Shown here one piece after another: positions 1-10,485 of a stretch of 21,744 nucleotides of DNA. The position numbers were made by a program, and so were the translations under genes. Origin of the DNA: Ginkgo biloba (lineage: Eukaryota > Plantae > Ginkgophyta); assembly GCA_024626585.2 (NCBI GenBank), contig JANKJI020000002.1, positions 269,710,794 to 269,732,537 of the forward strand. The letters are read 5' to 3'. Every line of letters begins with the position of its first letter. The stretch's first letter is position 1. The notes beneath the pieces are model-generated. The model saw only the letters and a list, made by a program, of their open reading frames with translations, made no database searches and was not told the origin of the DNA.

Positions 1-2
1 CA

Positions 3-1337
3 TTGGGCCAAAAGGAAGGGGAAAAAATATTAGAAGAAAGAACAGGCCGCAAACAACATGAATTATCCTTTCAATTAAACCAACTAGAGGAGGTCCGAAA
101 AAAGAAAGCTAACGAGAGAGCTAAGAAAATTTCATTGTCCTCTACAAATAAAGCACCATTATCTGAACCTGATCACATTGAGCAGCCAATTCTGAATGGA
201 AATACACCTGAATTAAATGGAAGTACTTTTGAGAGCAAGCCCCTCAAAGATTGCAAGGATAGTACCAGTGTTGTAGTCTAGCCCTCACTGTCGGTCATAT
301 CAACCCTACCCTTGTCAAGAGAAGGCACCCCCTTGAATGAAATAAGGATCCCATAAATATTTGTTTAGAAAAATGTGGAAGTCAAAGCTTTAGTAGTAGA
401 GCCAACTTACACCGAGAATGCATCTTCAAATAGTGTATTAGGTGTTGTATACAATAATAGATTGTATAGACCATCATATGATGATACTTAAGGAGCTCAA
501 TGATAGGATATTGCTTATTTTAATGAAGAAAATTATGGATATAAAACTAGTTGGAGAATCTTATCCTTTGAACATATTTTAGAACTGGAAAACAAGCCTA
601 AAGTTGAGAGTGAGAATTATGGGTCATTTAAATCAGTAATTATTTCAAGTAAATTTCATTCAGGCAAACTAGAATGTAGAGACACAGGTATTAAGGATGG
701 GATACTTTCATCCTGGGAAGAAAATTTTAGAGATGTCCATTTGGGTTAAAGGAATGGAAGGGATGATCATTCCCTAAAGGAACTCATAGTTGAAGCACAA
801 GATCCATCTAGATACCTTTCTAGTAATGATCAGCGAAAAGAACGAATTTTAGAGATGGCAGCTGCACTTGGAGATAAAATAACATATTATGCACCCAACA
901 ATAATGAATTAATACCTTCACTCCCACAATAAAATATTATTATAAACACAAAATAATACATTCACCTCTAAACTTGGTTATCAATAATGGATCCCATTTT
1001 CTCGCTACCATTCATCTACGCCACTAAGCCCAATGGTCTTCGAGGTAAATATATTGATTATCTTCGTCAATTCTGGAAAAATTTCCAAAACACTCAAAAT
1101 AAACAATGATATGAATTCTACATGAGACCAAAAGAAGATGATAGAAGTAGGAGATGCTATAGTTCCATCACCACATCTGTTCAAACTGGCCGTGGTTGTT
1201 CGAATTGCCTTGATGCCTTAAGAAAAAACAAAATACATATTAAATTATACAAGGTTGAAATCATAGATTTAAATTAGAATATTCTTAATCTAAAAGAATG
1301 TTTTAAATCAAATAAAATATTTTTTAAAAAAATATAA
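3..1337 (+). pseudogene. Decayed long reading frame (~445 codons) of unknown identity, probably a TE accessory or endogenous viral ORF
   Basis: Frame +3 continues past the 3..281 ORF with no frameshift and about 13 scattered stops, far fewer than expected in sequence this AT-rich. It reads e.g. DIAYFNEENYGYKTSWRILSFEHILELENK...MDPIFSLPFIYATKPNGLRGKYIDYLRQFWKNF...GRGCSNCLDALRKNK. No domain recognised. Confidence 0.45.
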
Positions 1338-1454
1338 AGGATTGCATTCAGTAANNNNNNNNNNNNNNNNNNNNNNNNNNNNNNNNNNNNNNNNNNNNNN
1401 NNNNNNNNNNNNNNNNNNNNNNNNNNNNNNNNNNNNNNNNNNNNNNNNNNNNNN

Positions 1455-2883
1455 ATTGTATAATCAACTACACTAGAGTGCAGTAGATGAGTAAACTCTG
1501 TGCAATATTAGTTAGTTGTATCATCAGCAATGAGTTGTTTCCACTCTTGAATGTACAAGTCCAGGTTACTTTGCAAGGCTTCTATCGTCTAGAATAATTG
1601 GGCTGCCATTATTATCATAAAGTGATTTTTATAGATTGTAATTGCTTAACCTCATGAATCTATAAAACTCTTTTGATTCTCGTAGGCTTAGGAGGTATAA
1701 TGACTTGGTGTCAAGGAGGCCTAAGGATTCAAATGAATAAGGAGAGTGGTGGGGAAGAGGGTGTCAAATTAAAAACCATTAACTATCCTCATTCCCTGAG
1801 GAAGATTAAGTTATCTTATGCTACCTGTCTTGCCCTATTTGGTCATTTATTGTCTTGTTTGCATTGCAAGGAGGGGCCATACGTTCCATTTTAGGGAATT
1901 ATAAGACATGTCATTATTGCCCATAATAAATTATTATAAGTGCACTGCCAACTCATAGCTCCCTTGAGACTTTCTCTTTCTCCTCGGTCATCCAGTTTGG
2001 CAAGAATCCCATCAGGAAATATTTGGTGTCTTTCGAGAGGTTAAGGTGTCTTGGTAATAAAGGAATTCCTTAGGAGTATAGGAAGGAAACACCTCCCAAT
2101 AATGATTCTTCATTAGAATTCTCTCTTTTACTCTGTTCTTTAGACAACATGTTTGAAGTGAGAGACCTTAGGGTTTATTCTTTATGAAAGCATTATTGTT
2201 GTCTACCTTGACTCACTTGGACATCCCAGGACTTCTCAAAGTTACTAGGAAGTGCACCTCTTTTACTACCCTTAGACCATGTGCTTTAAAAATACTTTAG
2301 TGATGTCGTAGGTTCCATGCTCATCAAATGTGATCCTTACTTCTCCTTATCTTTTTGATAACCTCAAGATTAATTTTATCTTTCTAGGACACTAGATTTC
2401 TTCTCAAATTAGTGCACACACTTTTAATTTTGCCTTTATGCCACTGTGTGTCTTGTTAGATTAACATCCTTCCCTAGATTAAATAAGTCTCTCTTGGCCC
2501 TACCAAGAATGTAGAAATATTTCAAGAGATGGGAATCAACATACTAGATCATTTCAAGGTAAGGAGAAAAGGGAAGGAAGGAAGAGAGGGAGGGCATGTT
2601 CCAAACTAGATATCAAGCAAGTTGGTCCTAGTTATNNNNNNNNNNNNNNNNNNNNNNNNNNNNNNNNNATGAATTCCAAGAATAGGGAAGTGTGATGCTC
2701 CTGAGGTTCACTTTTGGTAGATTATAATTTCCATATCCATTTAGGAAATGTATAGATTTATCCTACCATTAAGCATGAATTACACCATATCATGATAGTC
2801 TAGACTTCAAAAATTAGTCTTGGGGTTCTTCAAAAGCTATTGGAGACTCACATATTGATGGTAAAAAAATTTTATAAATGGAT
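1455..2883. repeat. Copy A of a dispersed retroelement-derived segment (homologous to 3455-4636)
   Basis: Collinear similarity, e.g. taatcaactacac at 1461/3461, aaaactcttttgattctc, gagaggttaaggtgtcttgg and tttccatatccatttaggaaatgt. Copy A carries about 245 extra bp (~2170-2414). Confidence 0.9.
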
Positions 2884-2983
2884 NNNNNNNNNNNNNNNNN
2901 NNNNNNNNNNNNNNNNNNNNNNNNNNNNNNNNNNNNNNNNNNNNNNNNNNNNNNNNNNNNNNNNNNNNNNNNNNNNNNNNNNN

Positions 2984-3600
2984 GCATGGGAAAGTTTCAC
3001 CTAGACATTTGAGATGCACGCAATACTCCTTAAATCTATTAGTTATCCACGATGCCCATGAATAGAATTTACCTTCAGCTAACTTGGCTATGATAATGGC
3101 CCACTAATGGCTCAAATAGGTGCTATCTTCCATTCCCACTAGCGTACTTGTCAGGAACAATGCTATCCACTTATCTCCCTCATGATTGATGCAATTTATT
3201 ATAAAATCGTTAGACTTTTTCTAGACTTCACCTTCTTAACACCCTAGAAAACACTTCTATAAGAGGCTTCTCTTGTCATAGACCTTGCTTCCTCTCTAAG
3301 TTCAATTTGATCACCTAAGAGGAGGAGTCCAGTGATGAGATGAAACAATTCTTCATTCATATAGACTATTTTTTCCTAAAACTAGAAGGCATTGTCTTTG
3401 AATAGATGAAGCATTTACACTATAATGGGGTATGGTAAATAGAGTGTAGGGGCCATTTCATAATCAACTACACCAAAGTGTAGCAAATAAGCAAACTTTG
3501 TGTGATCTTGGTTAGTTGCATCATCAATGATGAATCATTCGCACTCTTAAGTATATAATTCTAGGTTACTTTCTAAGGCTTTTGTCATCCAAAATGATCA
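2984..3600 (-). pseudogene. Decayed retrotransposon accessory ORF, plant-mobile-domain (PMD)/Athila-ORF-like
   Basis: Minus-strand translation with stops and one frameshift: ...KIVYMNEELFHLITGLLLLGDQI...KWIALFLTSTLVG...IIAKLAEGKFYSWASWITNRFKEYC. This resembles the IT.E.(I/V)..(I/L)TGLP..G and Y(S/N)W(G/A) motifs of PMD-type extra ORFs in non-chromovirus Ty3/gypsy elements. Confidence 0.5.
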
Positions 3601-4636
3601 TGCCGCCATTGTTATTAGAAAGTGATTTTTGTAGATTGTAATTACTCAGCCTCATGAATCTTCAAAACTCTTTTGATTCTCATAGGATCAGGAGGTATAT
3701 TGACTTGGTGTTAAGGAGGCCTAAGGATTTAAATGAATAAGGAGAGTGGTAGGGATGAGGGTTCCAAATTAAATACATTAATCGTCCTCATTCCTTAAGG
3801 AATATTTAATCAACTTCTTCTACCTGTCTCTCCCTAATTGGTCATTGATTATCTTTTCCACCTCACGAGGAGGGGACACACATACTACTTTAGGGAATTA
3901 CAATATAGGTCATTACTTCCCATCACAAAATTCTATAAGTGCACTGGCAACACATATCTCCCTTGAGTCTTACTCTTTCTCCTCGATCAACCAGGTTGGT
4001 AGGAAGCCCGCTAGGAAAACATTTTATGTCTTTTGAGAGGTTAAGGTGTCTTGGGGAATAAAGGAATTCTTGAGGACTCTAGGAAGGAAATACTTCCTAG
4101 GAATGACTCTTCATTAGCTTTGTCTCTTTTACCTCGTTGATTTAGAGTATGTGTCTGAAATGAGACCTAACACATGCTTTTAATTCTATCTTGATGCCAT
4201 AATGGGTCCTATTATATTGAAATCCTTCCCTGGATTAAATAAGTATCTCCTAGATTTGCTAGGAATGTAGAAAGATTTCAAGAGATGGAAATCAACATAG
4301 TAGATCATGTTAAGGTAAAGAGAAAAATAAAGGAAGGAAGAGAGGGGGAGCATGCGCTAGATTGGATATCGAGCAAGTCAATCCTGATTATATTTTATCT
4401 CCTGGGTGTGAGAAGACTGGTGATGAATTCTAAGAACAAGGGAGTGCACTAATCTTGAGGGTCATTTTTCATAGACTATACTTTCCATATCCATTTAGGA
4501 AATGTCTATATTTACCCTTCCATTAAGCATGAATTATGTCACGTTGTGATAATTCAACCTTAAAAAATTGGGCTTAAGGTCATTTAGAAGTTGTTGAAAA
4601 CTCACGGAGTGATGGTCAACTTTTTTTATAAATGGA
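3455..4636. repeat. Copy B of the dispersed retroelement-derived segment (homologous to 1455-2883)
   Basis: Same blocks in the same order as copy A with many substitutions, and lacking the ~245-bp block. Confidence 0.9.
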
Positions 4637-5599
4637 AAACTTTGGTAGATGGAGGAAATAAAGATGATGAAGGCCAAAAGTGGAATGAAGATAAGTGGTA
4701 GATGAGATGGGTGGTATAGTTTGCATACTCCTCGAATAAAAGTTCCCTTTCATGGTAGGCAGAAGGAATGGATGGAATTTAAAAGAAAGGCTAGGGATGA
4801 TTGTGGTGAATGTAGAAAATCGTTATTCTCCTTCTCATGAATAGTTTAGGTTACTCCTACCTCTAGACGACCTTTTAGTACTATTAATTATGAGGAAAAT
4901 AATTAATGCATTTTGATGGGGATAAGAGCTTAGCAGCGAAAGACAAGAACCTTCTTCTTTTCTCAATCTATGAGTAATCAATCCATTGCTTTTCTTAAAT
5001 AAATATGCATATCCTCCCTCATAATGTAGATAATCAGAGGGATCATCAATTTTCTCTAAATTAAGGGGTACATTAGNNNNNNNNNNNNNNNNNNNNNNNN
5101 NNNNNNNNNNNNNNNNNNNNNNNNNNNNNNNNNNNNNNNNNNNNNNNNNNNNNNNNNNNNNNNNNNNNNNNNNNNNATAAACCATGTTTTAGAAAACTAA
5201 CATGTGATAAGATTAATTGTCATATCCCATAAAATTGAAGAGTATCATTAATATTCACAACCTAATGAACATGGTGACTTTGTTATGCAGTTGGTTACTC
5301 GTACTCTATAACCACTGGTCGCTTCCTAGGATTCTATGGGACTTTTTGATTTTGTCCCTTAGCACGATAGCCTGACCCTTCAAGGGAGTTTGCTCCACAA
5401 ACCCACAGAAACACAAATAAAATGCATAAAATGGAAATGCACAGTTAAAGGCATGCAAGCCTCATCTCATCCACAATAAACATTTACGTTAAAAATCCAA
5501 ATCTGCATTTATCTTGCCCCACCAACCTAAGAAACAAATTACATATATGAAATTCCAAAGCATTTACATAAAAGATGGCCCATGGCCTAAAACACAAAA

Positions 5600-6355
5600 T
5601 TATATACAAGCATATCCCACTAGGGTTTTTTATTACATTACCAATCCCCCACCTCAGAGAATGCACACAATCTCTACAACCTAGCCTCCATGCCCTCTTC
5701 CATGATTCAGATTCTCACAACCCTACAAGGTTTATCCTTAAACCCAAACTTTCCTTTAACCTTTCTTCTCTGCCAAATGGACTATGTTGTCCCTGTAAGG
5801 TCCCCTCTTCGACCCAAACCTCTTCCTCTTTTCTACACTTCTTTCCTTCACGACATGCTTGTTGCATTATTTCACTTTCTATCCATGGCCACCCTTTACT
5901 CGAGCCTTCTTCCCTTTCCTATTTCCTTATTTCACTAGAGCTCCTTGCTCCCTACAATCTTCCCTCTTGAAGACCCATTTTTCTCTTCTTGGTTCTTGCC
6001 CAACTCTTTTCCTCTCCAATAGTTGAATGCCAAATTATTTCCTTGTCTTTTTTCCCTCTTATTTCCTCTATGGAGCTCTTCACTCTCTTCTCTAGACCTA
6101 TTATCCTCTTCCTTGCATACCTATTCTACTCTTCTAGGCTACTTCCAGCTCTTTCTTCTCCAATCAATCAAATTCCCTCTCTTCTTCCTTTTTTCTCCAA
6201 GGCTTTTTCCCTCCAAAAACTCTACCAACCACCAAAAATCATTAAATTTGGTTGTTGGTCTCTTTAATGCCCTTCAAAATGTGTTGAAGGTGTATTAAAA
6301 TCCTCCTATATAGGCTACATAGCTCCCATAAATGCCCTATAACTTCCTCTTTATT
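5600..6355 (-). mobile_element. Probable LTR remnant (pyrimidine-rich on +, TATA-like ctatatag near 6306)
   Basis: Strong C/T skew over 5800-6210 followed by a TATA-like box, a layout that mirrors the LTR at 8911-10358. Termini not identified. Confidence 0.3.
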
Positions 6356-6455
6356 NNNNNNNNNNNNNNNNNNNNNNNNNNNNNNNNNNNNNNNNNNNNN
6401 NNNNNNNNNNNNNNNNNNNNNNNNNNNNNNNNNNNNNNNNNNNNNNNNNNNNNNN

Positions 6456-6601
6456 CAAGCAGCATGTTAGTGTTGACTATTCATTCCCCGATAATGTTAA
6501 CCTCTATTGTCGATGTCGATGCTAGTCTTATCCAATGATGTTAGTATTCCTATGCAAAATTATGTTGGTTGCTAGAGTACTACCATGATGCTCCTATATC
6601 A
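6456..6601 (-). mobile_element. Start of a CRM-type LTR (3' LTR of the miniature unit), cut by an assembly gap
   Basis: Minus strand begins TGATATAGGAGCATC directly after a PPT. 6532-6623 aligns ungapped to 8282-8373 (72/92 identical). Confidence 0.75.
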
Positions 6602-6614
6602 TCCTCCCATTCTT
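6602..6614 (-). promoter_or_regulatory. Polypurine tract
   Basis: Minus strand AAGAATGGGAGGA abutting the LTR-initial TG. Confidence 0.7.
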
Positions 6615-6841
6615 ATAAAAATACATTATCTCCTTCTCATGGGCTGCTTCTTCTCTTTCTAATCTTGATCCACTAAGGCCTGTCTGACTCATGTTATTGG
6701 TGCTTTGTCAATGCTTTTATATTTTTCTTCATCCCTGCCTGTGGGTCTCTATTGTTCATCCACTTTAGTTGTGTCCAACTCTCTGATGCCAAATCTATGA
6801 TCTTACATTAGTCTTCCCTTATATTTCCTTATCTTTACTTT

Positions 6842-6853
6842 GGTTTGATACCA
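6842..6853 (-). promoter_or_regulatory. Primer binding site, tRNA-iMet type
   Basis: Minus strand TGGTATCAAACC (10/12 to TGGTATCAGAGC), 2 nt after an LTR end ...CTACATCA. Confidence 0.75.
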
Positions 6854-6855
6854 TA

Positions 6856-8351
6856 TGATGTAGTGCAGTCAAGCAACACCCAGGTGCTTGTCGGCCAGGA
6901 TGCTCGCACCTCTGATTTCTTTTAAATTCTCTTTATTTTTTCGTTTAATCAGTCAGATGTTAGGCTATGCACATTCCATACTGAAGTTATACATAAATAT
7001 CCACCTAATGTCACTACCACACTACCTTCTAAAATCTCATCAATAGCCCAGGTCGACAACATCAATAAACCCCTATGTTAGGTATACGCGAGCTACTTGT
7101 CAGTTATACTCGTCGACACATGTATTTTATAAAATATTAAATATATAATTTTGGAAATAATGAATGAAAAGGAAAATAAATATTGCTAATAAGAGCCCAT
7201 CATCAGTGAGTCTCTACAAGGAAAATATAAAATACATATAAGACAGGGTCATGTCATCACACCATAAATAAAAGAATAATATTTTTAACTAGAGAAACCC
7301 TCATGAGGAATAAAACTCAAGGTACATTATGAAATCAATAGCTTCAAGCATTAATATTTATAATAGCCTCGATGTCTCATTCATATTCCATAGGACATCA
7401 TAATTATATTACCACTTTTAATACATAGAAGTAGCACTATATCCCTTAAACCACAAATTACCTCTGTTGGACATTCTATTAAATTTTTCTCAACTCATTC
7501 TCTTCTCATCGATGGACTCCTCAATGCCTTTCTTTTATTTGCCTCCATTGGGAAGAATATCAACACCTTTACCAACTACCTCTGTCGAAACTTCTATTGG
7601 TCTGTAGGTGTTTCATACACCAAAAATAGGTTGAATCTCAATGCTTTTCTACCAACTACCTCCACTAGTGAATATGTTAGTCTACAGGTGTATCAAAGCA
7701 CCAAAATATGGGCATAATTTATGTTGCCTTTATAGACTACCTTAATCGATCATTTTGTCGATCTACAGGTGTATCAAACACCAAAAATATGGGCAGAGTT
7801 ATCTAAGCCTTCACTGACTACCTCTATCAATGGTTCTGTTAGTCTACATGTGTATCAAATAATAAAATATAGGTAAATTTCTCTATGCCAACATTCAAAT
7901 ATGCACATAAGCTCAATATATAATCTTCTCCTTCACCAAATGCTCCTCTCTTAGTAACCTTTCTTCTGGCAACATTGAAAAATATCCCCTTCTCCTTCTT
8001 TGATCTAAATTCTTATACTTGATTTCTCTAGCTTGGCTTAGGTGTGAAGATTTACTTCCTCCAAATCTCAGTAGAAGTAACCTTTATGATTTCGTATATT
8101 AATACATAATTTATTGTATAAACCCCTCTCCATCTTTATATGAAATTAATTTTGGTAGGTTAGTAGTTAGTGAATGCCTTGATAGGGCCATTAATCCTCA
8201 CTCCTCTAAAAACATTCTCTAACATAGCTTCAAGTGAAATCAAAAGTCTATTTTTATACAACTTTAGGAAATCAAAATTCCCCAATGATGTCGATATTCC
8301 TATGCAAAATTATGTCAGTTATCGGAGTGTTATAGGGATGCTCCTGCAACA
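6856..8351 (-). mobile_element. ~1.5-kb CRM-type LTR
   Basis: Minus strand starts TGTTGCAGGAGCATC after a PPT and ends CTACATCA before a PBS. TGATG/CATCA-like termini are characteristic of CRM chromoviruses. No gap inside. Confidence 0.7.
7571..7890. repeat. Four diverged tandem copies of an 80-81-bp unit inside the LTR
   Basis: ctacct anchors at 7576, 7656, 7737 and 7818, each followed by a tct(a/g)(c/t)a(g/t)gtgt(a/t)tca...aaaata core. Confidence 0.85.
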
Positions 8352-8773
8352 TCCTCCCTTACTTATAAAAATATATAGGTCCTCCTACAAACACTCGTCT
8401 TTAAAAATATTTAATTTCTCCTCATCTAAACCTCTCAGTTCCTCCTTTATGATCTAGGCATTATCTTTGTGTGGTAAGCCACCCCATTTGAGTAAGTATT
8501 TATTATAGCTTCCTCTTCTNNNNNNNNNNNNNNNNNNNNNNNNNNNNNNNNNNNNNNNNNNNNNNNNGGCATTTTTCATTGCTAATCAACCACCACCTCT
8601 TATGGTTGATCATCACCCTGAAATTGATATAAATCAAAAATATTAAAAACAGGTGAAATATCAAACTTCATCAATAAGTCCACTCTATAAGAATTTTCGT
8701 TGATCTTATGAACTACCCAACATGGTCTAATTTTCTTATACTTTAGTTTATTATAGGTTCCTATCAAAAATCT
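8352..8773 (-). pseudogene. Ty3/gypsy CRM-type integrase C-terminus with chromodomain, plus PPT
   Basis: RFLIGTYNKLKYKKIRPCWVVHKINENSYRVDLLMKFDISPVFNIFDLYQF (GPY/F, SH3-like region), then RRGSYNKYLLKWGGLPHKDNA*IIKEEL (chromodomain YLVKW...D.SW pattern). The frame runs up to the PPT (AAGGGAGGA, 8352-8360) and into the LTR, as in CRM elements. Confidence 0.85.
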
Positions 8774-8910
8774 ANNNNNNNNNNNNNNNNNNNNNNNNNN
8801 NNNNNNNNNNNNNNNNNNNNNNNNNNNNNNNNNNNNNNNNNNNNNNNNNNNNNNNNNNNNNNNNNNNNNNNNNNATTGATGGTTCAAATCTCTTTAGTGC
8901 CAATATTCCA

Positions 8911-10358
8911 TGATGTAGGGCCATTAGTCATTTTTTATAATTTTGTCATATTTGGGTCAGAGGAGAATTTTGATGTCGCCAACATCAAGGATGGGACATC
9001 ATGTTGACGAAGATATTTTATTCATCTTATCGGTGGAGGACTTTTGGATTAAAAGGGCACACTAACGATCGATATGGTCATTGAGGATTTTGTGTATTAG
9101 ACAGATACTGACATGGGATCACACGTTTGCAAAGGGTTCTAGCATCGAATAGACAAATATCAACAATCAACAAGGAAAGTGAGCAATAGGGCATCACCAA
9201 CATGCTTAGGAAGTAGATGGGAAATTGACATTGTCGGGGAGCTTGTAAAGGGAACCAACATGAGAGAAAGAGAATGACATCGTCGGATTGAAAGCAAAGG
9301 TAAAAGTGTTGTTAGGGAAGCTTGAGTGGAGACGAACATGGTCAGGGGAGGTAACAACAGACCAATAATGATATGGTTAAGGAGCTTGAATGAATATAAA
9401 ATAAGGTGATAAGAGAATTCAAATAAAAGTTGAATTATTCATGTTGACTAGTCAAGGATGGATGACAGAGGAGTGCCACCTACTCCACTAATCAAAATTA
9501 ATGACTAGGAAAGAACAAAATAGGGATCACAACGAGGGTCATATATAGGTAGCCCAAGATTTGAATTTTACACCTACTAGTGAAAGAAGAGAATGGCGCA
9601 GACATGGGCCAATCCATCATGGCAAGCTCTGATTGGTGGGGTATTTGATAAGACTTTAATGCACTCACCAACTAGGTACTTGGAGGCTTGATGCACCAAA
9701 ATCAAGATGGATGATTTGAAGAGGCAGAGATTTTTTTTAGGAGGTAATGGATGATTGGCATGGAGAGCATGAGAAGCATAATAGGGGCTTGAGAATTCTA
9801 GGAGAAAATGAGGTTCGAGAGTCGAACTAAGGTGCAGAAGTCTGAGCTAGAGGATTGAGCATCTAGGAGATTAGAATAGAGGAAGGAATATGAGTCTAGA
9901 TTTGGGAGAGAACTTAGTGGTAGAGCGTCAAATGTGAGGCAGTCATGTGTAGCGGAGGAATCAAGAGCATTTTGGGAGATTGAATTAGTTGGAGGATTAT
10001 GTAATTAAGGAATCGGGAGGATTCAAGGAGATTGAAGTAGTTGGAATATTATGTAGAGAAATCCCTCCTACAGGAGGTGCACATTGATGTAAAATTTTCC
10101 ATAGGGCAGACCCAAGTTTGTAACTTATATTTTCTTGACTGAAAGCATTGTAATTTGTATATTTGTGCATTTCTATTATTTTCGGAGTTAATAGAAGAGT
10201 TAAAAACAAGCATTCAAATTCAAATGTTCTGTATATATTTGAATGTCTAACTTTTGTTACTACCGCTGTGCACTTTTGTGAATGTAGGGCTTGCTACAAG
10301 CCTAAGGCAATTCATTTTTTCCCACTGGCACGTCATTTTTACCATTCGACCTACATCA
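8911..10358 (+). mobile_element. Solo LTR (1448 bp) with CRM-type termini
   Basis: Perfect 9-bp terminal inverted repeat TGATGTAGG...CCTACATCA, TATA-like atatatagg near 9541 and a T-rich U5-like end. No adjacent PBS or PPT. Confidence 0.7.
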
Positions 10359-10363
10359 AGAGA

Positions 10364-10422
10364 TGTATATATACACATATATACATATGTATATATGTGT
10401 GTGTGTATTTATCTATGTATAT

Positions 10423-10463
<41 letters not shown>

Positions 10464-10485
10464 CATACATACATACATACAGATA
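10364..10485. repeat. Compound microsatellite (TA/TG, about 15 CA units, then ATAC units)
   Basis: Directly visible simple repeats. Confidence 0.95.

Larger units (their letters stand above)
6602..6855 (-). mobile_element. 254-bp non-coding internal domain of a non-autonomous (TRIM-like or deletion-derivative) LTR unit
   Basis: Bounded by LTR end plus PBS on one side and PPT plus LTR start on the other. No ORF in the track. Confidence 0.65.

Noticed and set aside
5575-6298. Several Leu/Phe/Ser-rich ORFs that look like membrane proteins
   Set aside because: Overlapping ORFs in multiple frames arise from the C/T skew, which suppresses stop codons. No domain or splice structure.
7571-7890. Regularly spaced repeats reminiscent of a CRISPR array
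   Set aside because: Whole units are homologous with no unique spacers, the context is a eukaryotic LTR, and there are no cas genes.
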